Shown here: piece by piece, positions 24,301-35,700 of the stretch | Layout: every line of letters starts with the position of its first letter | How positions within the stretch are numbered: position 1 is the first letter of the stretch | Assembly (NCBI GenBank): GCA_963924565.1 | Contig: OZ004615.1 | Span: 6,200,001-6,264,000 of the forward strand | Direction of reading: 5' to 3' | Length of the DNA: 64,000 nucleotides | DNA from: Ascidiella aspersa | Taxonomy: Eukaryota | The notes under the pieces: generated by a model | What the model was told of the DNA's origin: nothing | Database searches by the model: none | What the model saw: the letters and a program-made list of their open reading frames with translations, nothing else | Program-made: the position numbers and the translations under genes

Positions 24301-24886
24301 AACTACCTTAGTTAAGATAGGAACTATCCTACCGGAGCGACGAATTTTTTTACCAGAGCGCATAATTTTTTTTAGCTATTCTACTTTCAACCGTGAGTTA
24401 AACCTATTCTCAACAGAAGGGCGTTTTAGGAATCCAAAACCATTGACAGCAGGTTTCTGTTTGTCGATCACTGTGCCACTGACGCGTATATAAACAAACA
24501 ATAAAACTCAAGTTTAAAAACCTGAGTAAAACCAGGATCAGACCTTTTTAAAAGGAATATATATAATATCGCCTGTGCTGGCATCGCAGTTCCTTATTCA
24601 AATATAATTCTAAGCGAAAAGTATATTCCTTTAAAAAAATGTCTGATGCCATGGTTTTACTTGTTTTTTCAAACTTTGAGTTTTTTTGTTTGTTAATCTT
24701 GCGTAAATCAACCCACAGCTTTTCGATAGTATTTTTGGAATTTAATTGCAGGTGTTCTTCACTCGCAACGGACGTCGCGTCGGCCTGAAAGAAGTCATGA
24801 TGCCTAAGGGCGGTTTCTACCCCTCGGTGGGAATGCTCAGCCTCAACGAGAAGGTCCGCGTTGACCTTCGACCTCTCACCGGGTGA
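18373..24886 (+). CDS. SPRYD3: SPRY domain-containing protein 3 (two SPRY/B30.2 domains), 512 aa. Exons 18373-18443, 18692-18798, 18916-19012, 19483-19642, 20016-20228, 21192-21341, 21570-21679, 21952-22082, 22431-22669, 23111-23236, 24752-24886.
   Basis: Spliced translation includes YFEIKI, PGW...SAAYHAENG, GDIIGCG, VYFTRNG, PAIGMRSPGEEV, DVGLAQ, HYFEMEILEPGEHCYIAIGL, RHPGW..GSIAYHADDGKIF, CYRGDIMGCGILFP, and VFFTRNG...GGFYPSVGMLS.NEKVRVDLRPLTG-stop, as in SPRYD3. Phases close (1539 nt). Start could be 18373 or 18379. Confidence 0.94.
22116..22232. repeat. 25-bp minisatellite, about 4.5 copies
   Basis: Unit AGCGACACGCGACATTTAATCTTTA, head to tail, no spacers. Confidence 0.9.
23247..23735. 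repeat. Degenerate tandem repeat, about 110-130 bp x4
   Basis: Recurring TGTAG.GACCTAAAC.C.C...CCGTTTT...ACGATTTGGGACAGAATG...TTTTACTC unit. Confidence 0.85.
24238..24745. mobile_element. Two adjacent foldback/MITE-like inverted repeats (24238-24372 and about 24430-24745)
   Basis: AAACAAACAATAAAACTCAAGTTT...TCAGAC.TTTTTAAAAGGAATATA is mirrored by TATATTCCTTTAAAAAAATGTCTGA...AAACTTTGAGTTTTTTTGTTTGTT. A second hairpin pairs AAAATTGTATGCG...GATAGTT with AACTATC...CGCATAATTTT. Confidence 0.7.
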
Positions 24887-24999
24887 CGCGGCAAAAGGTC
24901 AAAGGTCGCTAACACTAGTTAAGTTTATTCGAACAAGGGACTGGCGCTGTTGTACAATAGGCATCCGCAGCTTTTCGTCTTTGTAACGTTTACTTAGAC

Positions 25000-25460
25000 C
25001 AGGGGTCGGGAACCTCTTTACCTAAGGGAGCCAGAAAAGTGGAATATTTTTGGTTTGGTTGTATTTCGATGTGAGTCATTTAACTTGTTTCAACATCTAG
25101 TTTGTTGGGAAAAGCAATGATTTCAATAGGGCTGTTTATTTTGTTCTTATTTAAAAGACAGGCCTCTTTCATCGCGAAAAAAATGCCATGATACGAAAGT
25201 GACCTTTTTTAACAATAAGAGATTACGTCAAACGGACTAATCACCATCAACAGACAAATAGTATTCGCGCGAAGCGCTAAAAAAATGTCACTAGTCTTGT
25301 TTTAAAAAAATGTAAATTACAGTTTGTAAAGGGGTTATGGCCGCGTGCAGGTTTTATTAACATCATGCTAGCATTATAGCTTAGTTTTATCTGTGGGCAA
25401 ATTCCTTCATCAATAGAACCACATGGCGTCACCAAAAGAGCCATAAGTTCCCGACCCCTG
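25000..25460. mobile_element. Non-autonomous hAT (Buster-type) MITE just downstream of the SPRYD3 stop
   Basis: TIRs CAGGGGTCGGGAAC / GTTCCCGACCCCTG; perfect TSD ACTTAGAC. Confidence 0.92.
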
Positions 25461-27899
25461 ACTTAGACCTTCCGCCGTGTTTGAAATATACAGGTGTTGC
25501 GATTATTTCAAGCCAGAGGGGAGTCGTATCAAGAAAGCTGTGAAAATCGCTTGCTGACTTTATTGATCACGGCCACTTTTCAAGAAATGCTGTGAATAAC
25601 CCATTCGTTAGTCACGGCCATGTTTTGGGCGTTACCTGTCCAATCGCCATGACATTTTTTAGAGTATTCATTGAAGAAATTCACTCCAGCTCTGTATATC
25701 AGAATATAGGCTATAAGCGCGACTCTGGAAGTGTTTATTTGCTGTTGCCTAACGATACGTGTCGTGTGCAATTTTTGATACGTTTAAAAGTTCGGAAATA
25801 TGAAAACGGCAAAACACGCAGCCGTTACTTGCATTACGTTTGTATTGGGGTCATACGTAAATGCTCCTCCGACAAAGAATCAAATCCTGTTTTTTCAATT
25901 TAATACGTCGTTTCTGTGCACCCAGTAATAAAAGCCTAGTGCACTGTACTAGGCTGAACGGTTGGCAGGGAATACTGGTGTACAAGGACCATAAAATAAA
26001 ATACCAAAATGACGTCATATACATTTATTTGCTCTCAAATGTAAATTGTTGCTGGACGAAATATACATGTCTAGCCTTTTAAAAATTTCTAGGCTTCAAA
26101 TATGAATTTCTTGCCTTTAAGGATCGGATGAAATTATAAATTTTGCAAACCTGCATATCGTGCTATGTATTTTTTCTGTGATTTGTTCCAATTATTCTTG
26201 CTGTTCCTACTTACAAATAAAACTCTATCGTGTTGTACTGTACATTTTCGTGGACTTACAATCAAGTATATTTTGTTTGAGGTTTAGTTTAAACTTTTTT
26301 TTAAATAAGACTTACACTTTTTATCAGCAGTGCGATACGCCCAAAACTCAACCAATATAATAAATATGTTTTAATCAACGAAGATAAAAACACGCAAACT
26401 TAACTTGTAAAATACAACGAAGCTATTCTTTGTGATAATTTGTCTCATTTCGACTTAAAATTCCATGTAAATATACTGACAGCAAGTCTAAATTATTTTG
26501 AACTAGGGGCCAAATTTTCAATTTAATTTCATTCTTAGGTACGCCACGCCTAATTTCTGTGCTGAAAATTCGAATCCACCGTTTTTAGATAAATAAGGTC
26601 GTCGCAGGTGCTTCTTTTTAATTGTCAAAGTTTTGACAAAAACTCTACGAAAATTAATAAGTTATGTAAAAAAAGTGGGAATATTATGCTTGTCGTTTGG
26701 TGGAAAAAATAGTCAGTCGTCTTTTATAATGTACAAAAAGTTTGTTCAATGGAAATCGCTGCTTTCTGTATGAAGCATATAAACCACAAGTCGCCAACCT
26801 AAACGGCTTGCTCATATAATACAGCCAGCCCGAGATTGTTAGTGGAAAATTATTACGGCCCACCAGACGTTGATTTTATAGCCCACGACTAGAAAAAGGG
26901 TTGCCGAACCCTGAAACAAACTAACCAACTAGCGATTTAAAGGAGGAAGTCGGTTTATGTTGACCTTATACGCTGGTCATCTCCTAAAGCGCTCCATCGA
27001 AATTTCCACAATCTTTGCTTCGCTACAGCAGCAGTTATAAATAGACTGCCAGGCGGTCATTTTTAGTTCGTAGTATAGTGTGACTTGTCCCGACCTTATG
27101 AAGTGAAATGTTAACGGAGTTTGCTGTTACGAAGAAACCTGCCAGATCCGCCAGCGAGTGACAACTGCGAGTGGGAAGTTTACTAGCTTCTAGGCTGATT
27201 CACGTGACTGCTGTATAAGCGCCAGGCTCTGTTAACCGCGTCTTTCTCAACTTTGCAAGACAGGTTGCACGACTGACAGAACAGATGCTAGGGCGGTGGT
27301 TGTCGAACTTTGTAAGCATCTAAGCCAAATTTGAACAGTCGGTTTTAAAAGGAGACGCAAAGAGATCTAGCAGTTTATTTGAAAATGTGTCTCTTCCCAT
27401 TTACTCTAAAATGTTCTATTTTCTTGCTGAAGAATGAAAGCTGGAGGGGCGGATCTAGTATTTTGGTTTAGGGGTCATGGAAATTTTCAGGAATGACTCT
27501 ACTAAGTTACGTAATTAAACAAATAATCTTAAAACACCTGCTGTCGTCGAGCGAACTCGTGTACAAGTATGCTTCTGATAAATATATTTTTTAAAACCCC
27601 GATGGGAACCTCTAAAAAATAGTTAGGGACCTCATGCGGCTCTCGGAGCCGCGGTTGCAAACCACTAAGCTAGGGCATCTTTCACTTTCACTGTGGTCTC
27701 CTTAACAGCTTATTTTATTACTGGACACCTTAATTGGTTAAACGCTTCATAAGGCATTACTGTCATTAAGACACTGTAACGGTCAAACGACTGTAAACAA
27801 ACATGTTCTCTTCGTGGTAGTTACAAAACTTCGCCTGCACCACTCCAAGAAAAACACCATCAGGCACAAGTTTCGCAGTAGAGTCTTTTTATTTTGTAA

Positions 27900-27902
<3 letters not shown>

Positions 27903-27938
<36 letters not shown>
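27903..27938. repeat. (TG)18 microsatellite
   Basis: Direct reading. Confidence 0.95.
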
Positions 27939-27941
<3 letters not shown>

Positions 27942-29723
27942 ATCTCTCTATATATATAAAAAAGAAAAAAACACATCAGTCGAACGATAAACACTGAAGG
28001 GAACAACAATGGAACGGAGAAGGTATGCTGGCGAGAAACGAACGGTGTCGAAGTGAGCACAGAAAGGTGAGACAAAAGTAAGACAAGATTAGCAGCGAAG
28101 TGCTCTTGTGGCAAAACAATGGCAGTGTATCACAACTATCAGCCAACAACGCTGCAAAATGGACCTCCGATTTTTCATTAAATGCCAATCTCATAGCTCG
28201 CACTTAGTTCGTGCGTCCGGGTGAAATTGTGAGGTATTGAACACCAGTAGAGAAGCACGTTTGATGCAGTCTTATAAAGCCTAAAAGTAGCTTTTTTGAA
28301 AAAAAAAACATATGCAGAGATCTATAAAGGGAGAAACAAACCTTCATATAAAGTAATGCTTTCGTTGCTATAAACAGCCATGAAGTTAATGTTGTGATGC
28401 CTTAATTCACTTCTAACAAATATTTTATTTGTCTTTTGTTATATACCAAAAAACTTGGCGTTTGTGCTGCGGGTCAACAACATAGTTACCAGAATAGGCA
28501 AAATGGCTATAAAAGCGAAATCGGAATGAATAGTTCTGGGTTGGGATGTCCTGCTTGAAATTTTGTACCGATACCATATTTTTCGGACAAAAAGTATTAG
28601 GATCCGTTCCGTTTCCAAATGACGTTGTAACTACGCTCAAACAAGCTAAAATGATGAAAACGAAACAATGGTATTTTTTTCAAGGTGCTTGTGCTTAAAT
28701 TTGCTGTAGGGTTAGAAATTTTCTGTTGTTAGCCTAAAAATAGTAGCATAGCTTCAGTTGATCGCAAGTCACGGCTGAAATTTCAAAATCAGTTTGGTAT
28801 CGGATTACCAGCGATACCACCCTAGTATCAGATGAGTACCGATACTACCAGTTGGCATCCGGTATCGGCTCCGATCCGATATTATTGGACATGCCCTATA
28901 GTCATGGGCTTGTCACTTACTTGTGGTATATTAGACGGCTCGCGTTGCACCACAATGACAAAACAACAACGTGAATACAGCTTCACAGAAAATCAGGTAA
29001 AGAATATAATTTTATACCAATAATAATATTGTAAGCTGGCTGGTAGCCATACGCAGCAGCTTAACTGAGATTAGTGAAACAAATTATGTTACAGTAAGAA
29101 CGCCATGCGCAGCTAAACACATGATACAATAATGAAAATTGCACGCCCCATTTTTAGCCGTATAAGCATCTAGAAAACGTTGCAAAGCGTCGTGTATTTG
29201 GAACGTATCGACTTCCTAATGTTGCCCAAGCTATAATCGCTGAACGGGATACAGATTGAAGTAAATCGACCACAAAAAAACAAAAAATTGATCAGAATAG
29301 CGTTAAGCCTCTTATGGTTTTCGACTCGGGATGTCCGCTACTTCGTATTATTTGCTGAAAGCGATACCCGAGGTTTAGGTAAACATGTATTGCTGAACCG
29401 ATGCCAGATACCAAAGGATGTCATTTTTGTGGTCAAGCTGTGTGATGAAATAAAACGTACTAACGTGATGTTATTTAAGTTACGTTACCTTTTCATGTTT
29501 TAAAGTTATTTTAAAATAGGTTTGCACCGAATTAACGCCGAATTTAATCCCAAACCATGGCTCAAATGCATTTACCATCGATTTTGACATAGGCGTAAAC
29601 CATGGGTCGAACCAAACCGCTCCCAGTAAAAATCGGCTTCCGAACACATTGGCAAACTCTTTCCACTTGGATCGGACGAAAGGCGAACAACGCCCGTTTC
29701 TGTAAAACTTAACGACGAAAGGC

Positions 29724-32700
29724 TCAGGAAATGTGGGCGTGGCCGCCCTCGTTGGGCTCGCCCACACCGCTGTCCCTGTGCCGCGGCTTCTCTTCAAAAA
29801 CCTCCGGAAGACTAAAGCTGAGGTCCTCATCGTCGGAAGAGGCGCACGAGGTGTTGCTCGACCTGCGCTGCGCCGACGCGTAATCGCTCGACGGCCGGTC
29901 GTCGGACTTCGGGAAGCTTCCGGGTTTCCGCGGCGTTTCGGCGCTCGAGATCCCGCGGTTTCGTCCGGCGCGTCCTGGGCTCGTCACGAATACGCGGATC
30001 TCGGCGCTGGTCGACTTGGGCTTGGGCGCGCCGATCAGTAGAGGCACGCTGGTGCTGCACGCGCTCGCAGCCAGGGTGCATTTGCCGTAGGGGGATTTCC
30101 CGGCGCCGGAGGACCCCGACAAGGTCTGGCTCCGCTCGCGGAAACCGATGCTGGCGTCTGTTGCGTCAATTTGCGAGTCTTCCTCGCTGAAGCGTCCCAA
30201 GCGTCCGAACTTGTGCGACGACGGAGGCACGGCCAGATGCTCGTGACTGCCGAACGAGCGGATTCCGCTGCTGGTCGAGGGTTCGCGACACGCGGCAGAT
30301 ATGGTGCGCCGCTGTCCGATCCGCTGCAGAACGCGCTGACTGCTGGATCCCACCAGCGACTGCGTAAGACAGAAAAGTTGGACTCGATAAAAAACATTTT
30401 TTTTTGTAAACGAATTAATATCTATTCTTGCTTTTCGTTTGATGAGTTTATATAATATATTTTTCGCTTATGGTTGCTGTTATATTTCCTTGAATAAGAT
30501 TACCCGAATATAGGTAATCGAAACGTTGTTTGCCGGAAGAGCAATTTTACAATTATTTCTAAACGCTTGAGGTAAAAGTTCTGGTTTAAATGTCGTGGAA
30601 ATTTTAAAAAGCGAAACAATACCATGTGTTTGTTATGTGTTTAGTCGATTCCAATGCTGTACCGGAACTTTCAGTCAAATCAATGCTATACACTTTGACG
30701 TTAAATGCTAAAGTCAAACGCAACTATTTTAATTTAAACAAAGATACAGCCTGAAGCCTGAACTTAATGTCAAATGTATTTTATGTAAACGTACTCTATT
30801 TCCAACATGGCGACGATTTTTTGTTTAACTTGATAGTTAAGTCGAGAAACAATTTCAAAAAAAGAGACGGGCAATCGAGATTTCATTTACCACCTTTAAG
30901 TTTTGTTTAAATCGCTTTTTAAATCGATTCAGGCAACACTAGTGTTCAAATCGCAAATATTTGGTGTTAAAATAAATATTCAATGAATATGCGATTATCA
31001 TCAGTAAACTGACACTCCAAAGACTTCCTAGCGATGCAGGCAAAAAATTGAAGGGTTAATGTACTGGTGAGTGCGAAAATTATAGTGTTGTAAGCAAGTT
31101 TTGAAATGAGTGAAGTCCTTAAGTAAAGTATTTTTAAATAACAAGTAAAGTCACAGTCCAAGCTATCAGTTGCCCAAGTCAAGTCCCAGTCAGGACATAA
31201 TTAAGGCAATTCACATCCAAATCCAGTACGTAGAACCAGTGTTGTTATTACTTAAGTCAATCACTTGACACGTGACTTGAAATTGACTGGCTCAAATTAT
31301 GACTTGACTTAGGCAACTGATGACTTGGACTGGGACTTGACTTGATATTCATTTAAAAAGACTTGACTCAAGTTATTTTACAAATGACTGGGACTTCATT
31401 TTAAAATAACTCGTTTACAACACTGCGTCGAACTATTAAAACTAGTAAACCTGTCCTGTTATGAGCAATAACTCGACAAAAACGCAACATACAGCAAGTT
31501 AATTGTTTTATGTGCAAAATTAAGATAAATAACCCAGTTTTATAAAATATTGCGAGTGGAATAACCTTATTTCAGCCAAAGTCATTTGTGCAAAAGACTT
31601 GAGTCAAGTCAAGTAATTTTACCCAAATGACTTGTGTTATGTCAATTCATATAAAAACAGTGACTTAAAGTCATACCACACTGGAAAATTGTTTGCCATT
31701 TTTGCAAACAAAAAACAAACTAAGTAGAAATTCACTGCACTTCAGGTAAGCACTGATATTAAATTGCATTTGAACTTAATACGAATTTCGTACTGTATGT
31801 TCGAAATCAACCCGGTAATCGTAGTTACGAAAAAAAAGTCTCTTACGTCAGGATGGGGGCTCGGCTTTTTGCTGCTGCAGATAGACAGCTGGTTGCTTTT
31901 CAGGTGGTTCCCGTTGTTGTGCTGCCCCTGGGTGGGGCTCGTGATCGACCCCTGGTGGCTGCATTTGCTCCACTTGTTTTTCTGACTCCCGTGTTTCACG
32001 CTTTTACCTAAAACAACACACAGGGGTCACCAAACTTTTTTTTATTAAGAGCTGGAAAGCTGTCAGAACTGAGAATAGCGGGTCGGAGATCCAGTTTTGT
32101 GTCTAATTTGCTTGAACTGCCTATTCCAATTCAATGAATGAATAAAAACAATTTATTTTTCAATAAATAAAGTGAGCTTTATAAAAAATTCGGTTAGTTT
32201 AATTTGGGTTTTCATCCGATAAATGTTTCTGATGAAATACTATTAATAACCTTTAGCATGATTAAAGGCTAAATTCCGTGGGGCCAAAAAACTTTTTTTT
32301 TAAAGAACAGAACTATGGAAATGTAATCAATATAAAGGAAAATGGTTTACTGCTTAGTTTACGAATAATAGGCTAAAAATCTGTACAGCTGAAATGAACA
32401 CGAAGCGTTAATAAAATAGATTCCTCGTTTTGGTAGAATTGGGTTTATTTTCCTTAATTATGTTTTTTAGGTAACTATAGGCTTTGCTGTTGGCATTTAC
32501 CACAAACTAAAATCTTGTGTATAACACAGCCTTCAAATTATTACCTGAAATTCGCCGCCGGAACTCCGAGAAAGCTCCCCTTGAGTTTCCATGATGTTGG
32601 CTGTCGCTCGAACTGTCAAGCTCCGAGGCTTTCATGTTTCGCACCAGAACCTGAACGCAACGCAAATGAATCTCTTCGGTTAATTATTTTCTCGGCAATG

Positions 32701-35700
32701 CGACCTGTCTGTTGTCTGTATCGCATTTTACAAAGCTTTAACAATATGTGACTTTAACATATTGTTTAGTTAATGAAATTTGTGTGGTAAACTTTGGTAA
32801 ATACAGTTTTAGAGCAAATGACTAAGTTGTAAAAGCAACCTCGCGACACATTACAACTCAAAGCAAAGTAAAATTGCTTTCTATAATTTCTCCCAATCTT
32901 AAGGAAATAGTTAAACATTTTTGCTTTTTAAACAAATTACAAAACGATTATAACTGTAGCGAAATACAATATTATGTTGATACTTTTAATTGAAAGACTA
33001 AAATCGCGCTTCATTACAAAGTGACCAAATTCATTTATGAACTGTGGAGATTTGTGACCTTACCCGTATGTATAGTCATAATGACCAACGACAACGGAGC
33101 ATTTTTTACAAACAGCAGTATACCAGGTGCCTTCTTGAACTCTTGTCGGCCATCGAAAACCCGAATACAAAAAGTGTTTTATAAGGGCAAGGTTAGTAAA
33201 ACTTAACCTACGATGTAATTCAAGGTTAGATGCCCTAACATTGCCTAAAAAGGATTAATTTCGGTTTAGGGCCCCTAAAGTCGTAAAGAAGTAAGCTTAT
33301 TAGACAGTTTTACGTTCGAAGGTGTTACTTTCATTTCGAAAGCTACACTTTACCAAGATTTTATCAATTCACCCAAAGCAAAAAAACACTTTTATATCGT
33401 TTGAGTTGCAAAACCGTTTTCGTTTCAAAGGTGTAATACGACGCACGCCTCTCTCTATACGACATTTTTTGCGTTAGCGCAGTTAAAATAGGCAAAAATA
33501 CAGTTTAAGGGGACTTGCCTTACTAGATCAGCCTCTGCCCATGACCCGTTGTTTTAAGCGCTAAGAAAAGAAGCATGTATACCTGCAGTTCCTGTCGGTA
33601 GCGTACATTGGTTGCCACATAAACGACCGGGTTAAGCAGCGGTTGAAGGAAGGCAAGCGCGAACGTGGCCCAGGTGAGAAGGGTCGCCGAACGATTGCCA
33701 GACGACGACTCGTACATGACCCTAACCTGTCAGTGGAAAAAGAACTTGTGAGTGACGTTCGTAACACAAAGGCGAAAGCGTTATAGAGCGGGCGCTGGCC
33801 TTTTGACGGCGTCATTGTGACTTTTGGGTGACCTCTGTCGCCCCGTTGAACAATTTTTTTTAAGAAGTTGGCCATGATCGAAACCAGCGTTGAAAGTGGA
33901 GAATAATTTTCTCACCGAAACGCATGGAATTTTTAGAGATGACGTCACAAATTTTCGTCATAACGTCACTAAGTTTCGCCAGGACGTTTAAAACAAATAC
34001 CCTTATATGAAATCGGAGGTTTTCGTTCCATGTCGTGCGCGAATATGTAACTAAAATAGCTGTTTGAATACGTTCAACGAGTTAGCGGGATGGCCTGGCA
34101 AAAAAACAGCCTTTTTTTCTTTCTTTTTCAAATCTTTCACCACTGGTCGAAACACCTTGGGCAGTTTGCTCGTCAATAAACTGACTTAAGTGCACTAAAG
34201 TCAATGTTTTCTAAAGACTTGAGTTGCTAAAGACTTTTTTTTTCTTGAGTTGATAAAGACTTTTTTTCTAAAGACTTTTGGGCAAAATAACTTCATTTAA
34301 CTTCAGTATTTTGGAAAAAGGACTTGACTTATATTTAAGTCATAGTTTCAAAAAAGTTGGGTTAAGCTTACAATGGGATTGTTGATCTCAATTTTAGCAT
34401 ACAAAACACTCTGCTTGCTCTAATTTGCGGTTTTGTGATTTGTTATATTAGTTAAAATAAAATATTTCTCGTTATCTGCTTCGGCACGCATTCGTTAAAA
34501 TTAATGTGTATCCTAATGATTTTGTGTTTCGTCACTGTTGGAATTGTTTATCGAATGTCAGAACAAACTTAATATAAACAGACGCAAAGAGCTTGTGCAA
34601 CTTGTCATCTTTTAAACTTATTGCGCGCCCCCCTGTGTAGGGTTGCCAACCCAGTTTGATAGATCATTAAAAGTTTGCCGTGTGATGATTGGCGTTTATC
34701 AGGAAGGCGACCAGACGATTGGTGCCGCCGACAACAAACGCACAGAGGCATCAAAACAAACGCGAGACAATTAGCAATTTTACTAAAGTCCCACTCAAGT
34801 CATTTGTAAAATAAGTTAAGTCTGTCTAAGTCACGTCATATGTGAAATAACCCAAGCCCACGTCATTTTTTTAATAAATAACTAGTCAAGTTCCAGTTAA
34901 GTCAAAATTATAGAGCAAGTCAATTCCAAGTCAAGTCCTTGGTCATAAAAATAACACGTTAAGCTATTAAAATTAGATAAACTCGACCGAATAATTATGA
35001 GCAATACCTTAACTTAAAAAATAACCAAAACCGCAATATACACCAAGCAAATTGTTTTATGTGCAAAAATTAGGATAATTAACCAAATTTTACAAAAAAA
35101 TGCATGGAAACACTTTATTTTAAGCAAAATCATTTGTCTAAAAAGCTTCAGTCAAATAAAGTCATTTCGCCCAAAAGACTTAAGTCAAGTCATTACAACT
35201 CTGCAAATTAGAAAAGAAGTCCTCTGATCTAAACTTCCTCTTGCCCAATCGCGGGAAATCACCAACGAAGCGGACACGTGGGAGGCAACAACAAGTTGTT
35301 TTCTAGCGACGTTCACAACCAAGTATACGTTTGTGTTGTGCAACACGTCGCGTCAACAAGCAAAGGTGGGTTGCTAGGCAACCGTGACGTCACTGCTACG
35401 CCCATGCGTCACGAACATCCCGTGCCCGAGAGACGGCGTCGTGACCGCGCGCGCATTACGCGATAAGCGCGGGGAAGTTGGGCTAGCGGGGGTTTGTGGG
35501 GTTTGGTGGGTCGGCGAAAGTGAACCCCGCCGTTGCGTAGTTCGTCCGGCTCTGTTTATGCCTGTTATGTATCAGTCATCGTTAGGGATCATCCGATCGT
35601 TTTGGGTCAAAGCCGATACCCGTTATCACGTTACAGCAGGGATTCCCAACCTTTTTTACGATCGCTCTGTAGTGTCACGCGTACCATTTCTTGCAGAAAA

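Noticed and set aside
27943-28247. Helitron-like start TCTCTCTATATATATAAAA
   Set aside because: No clear subterminal hairpin or CTRR end; it may simply be low-complexity sequence.
29480-30455. Several overlapping ORFs on both strands
   Set aside because: Shadow frames of the GC-rich last GPCR exon.
33583-33726. GPCR as an opsin
   Set aside because: Position 7.43 is Phe, not the retinal-binding Lys.
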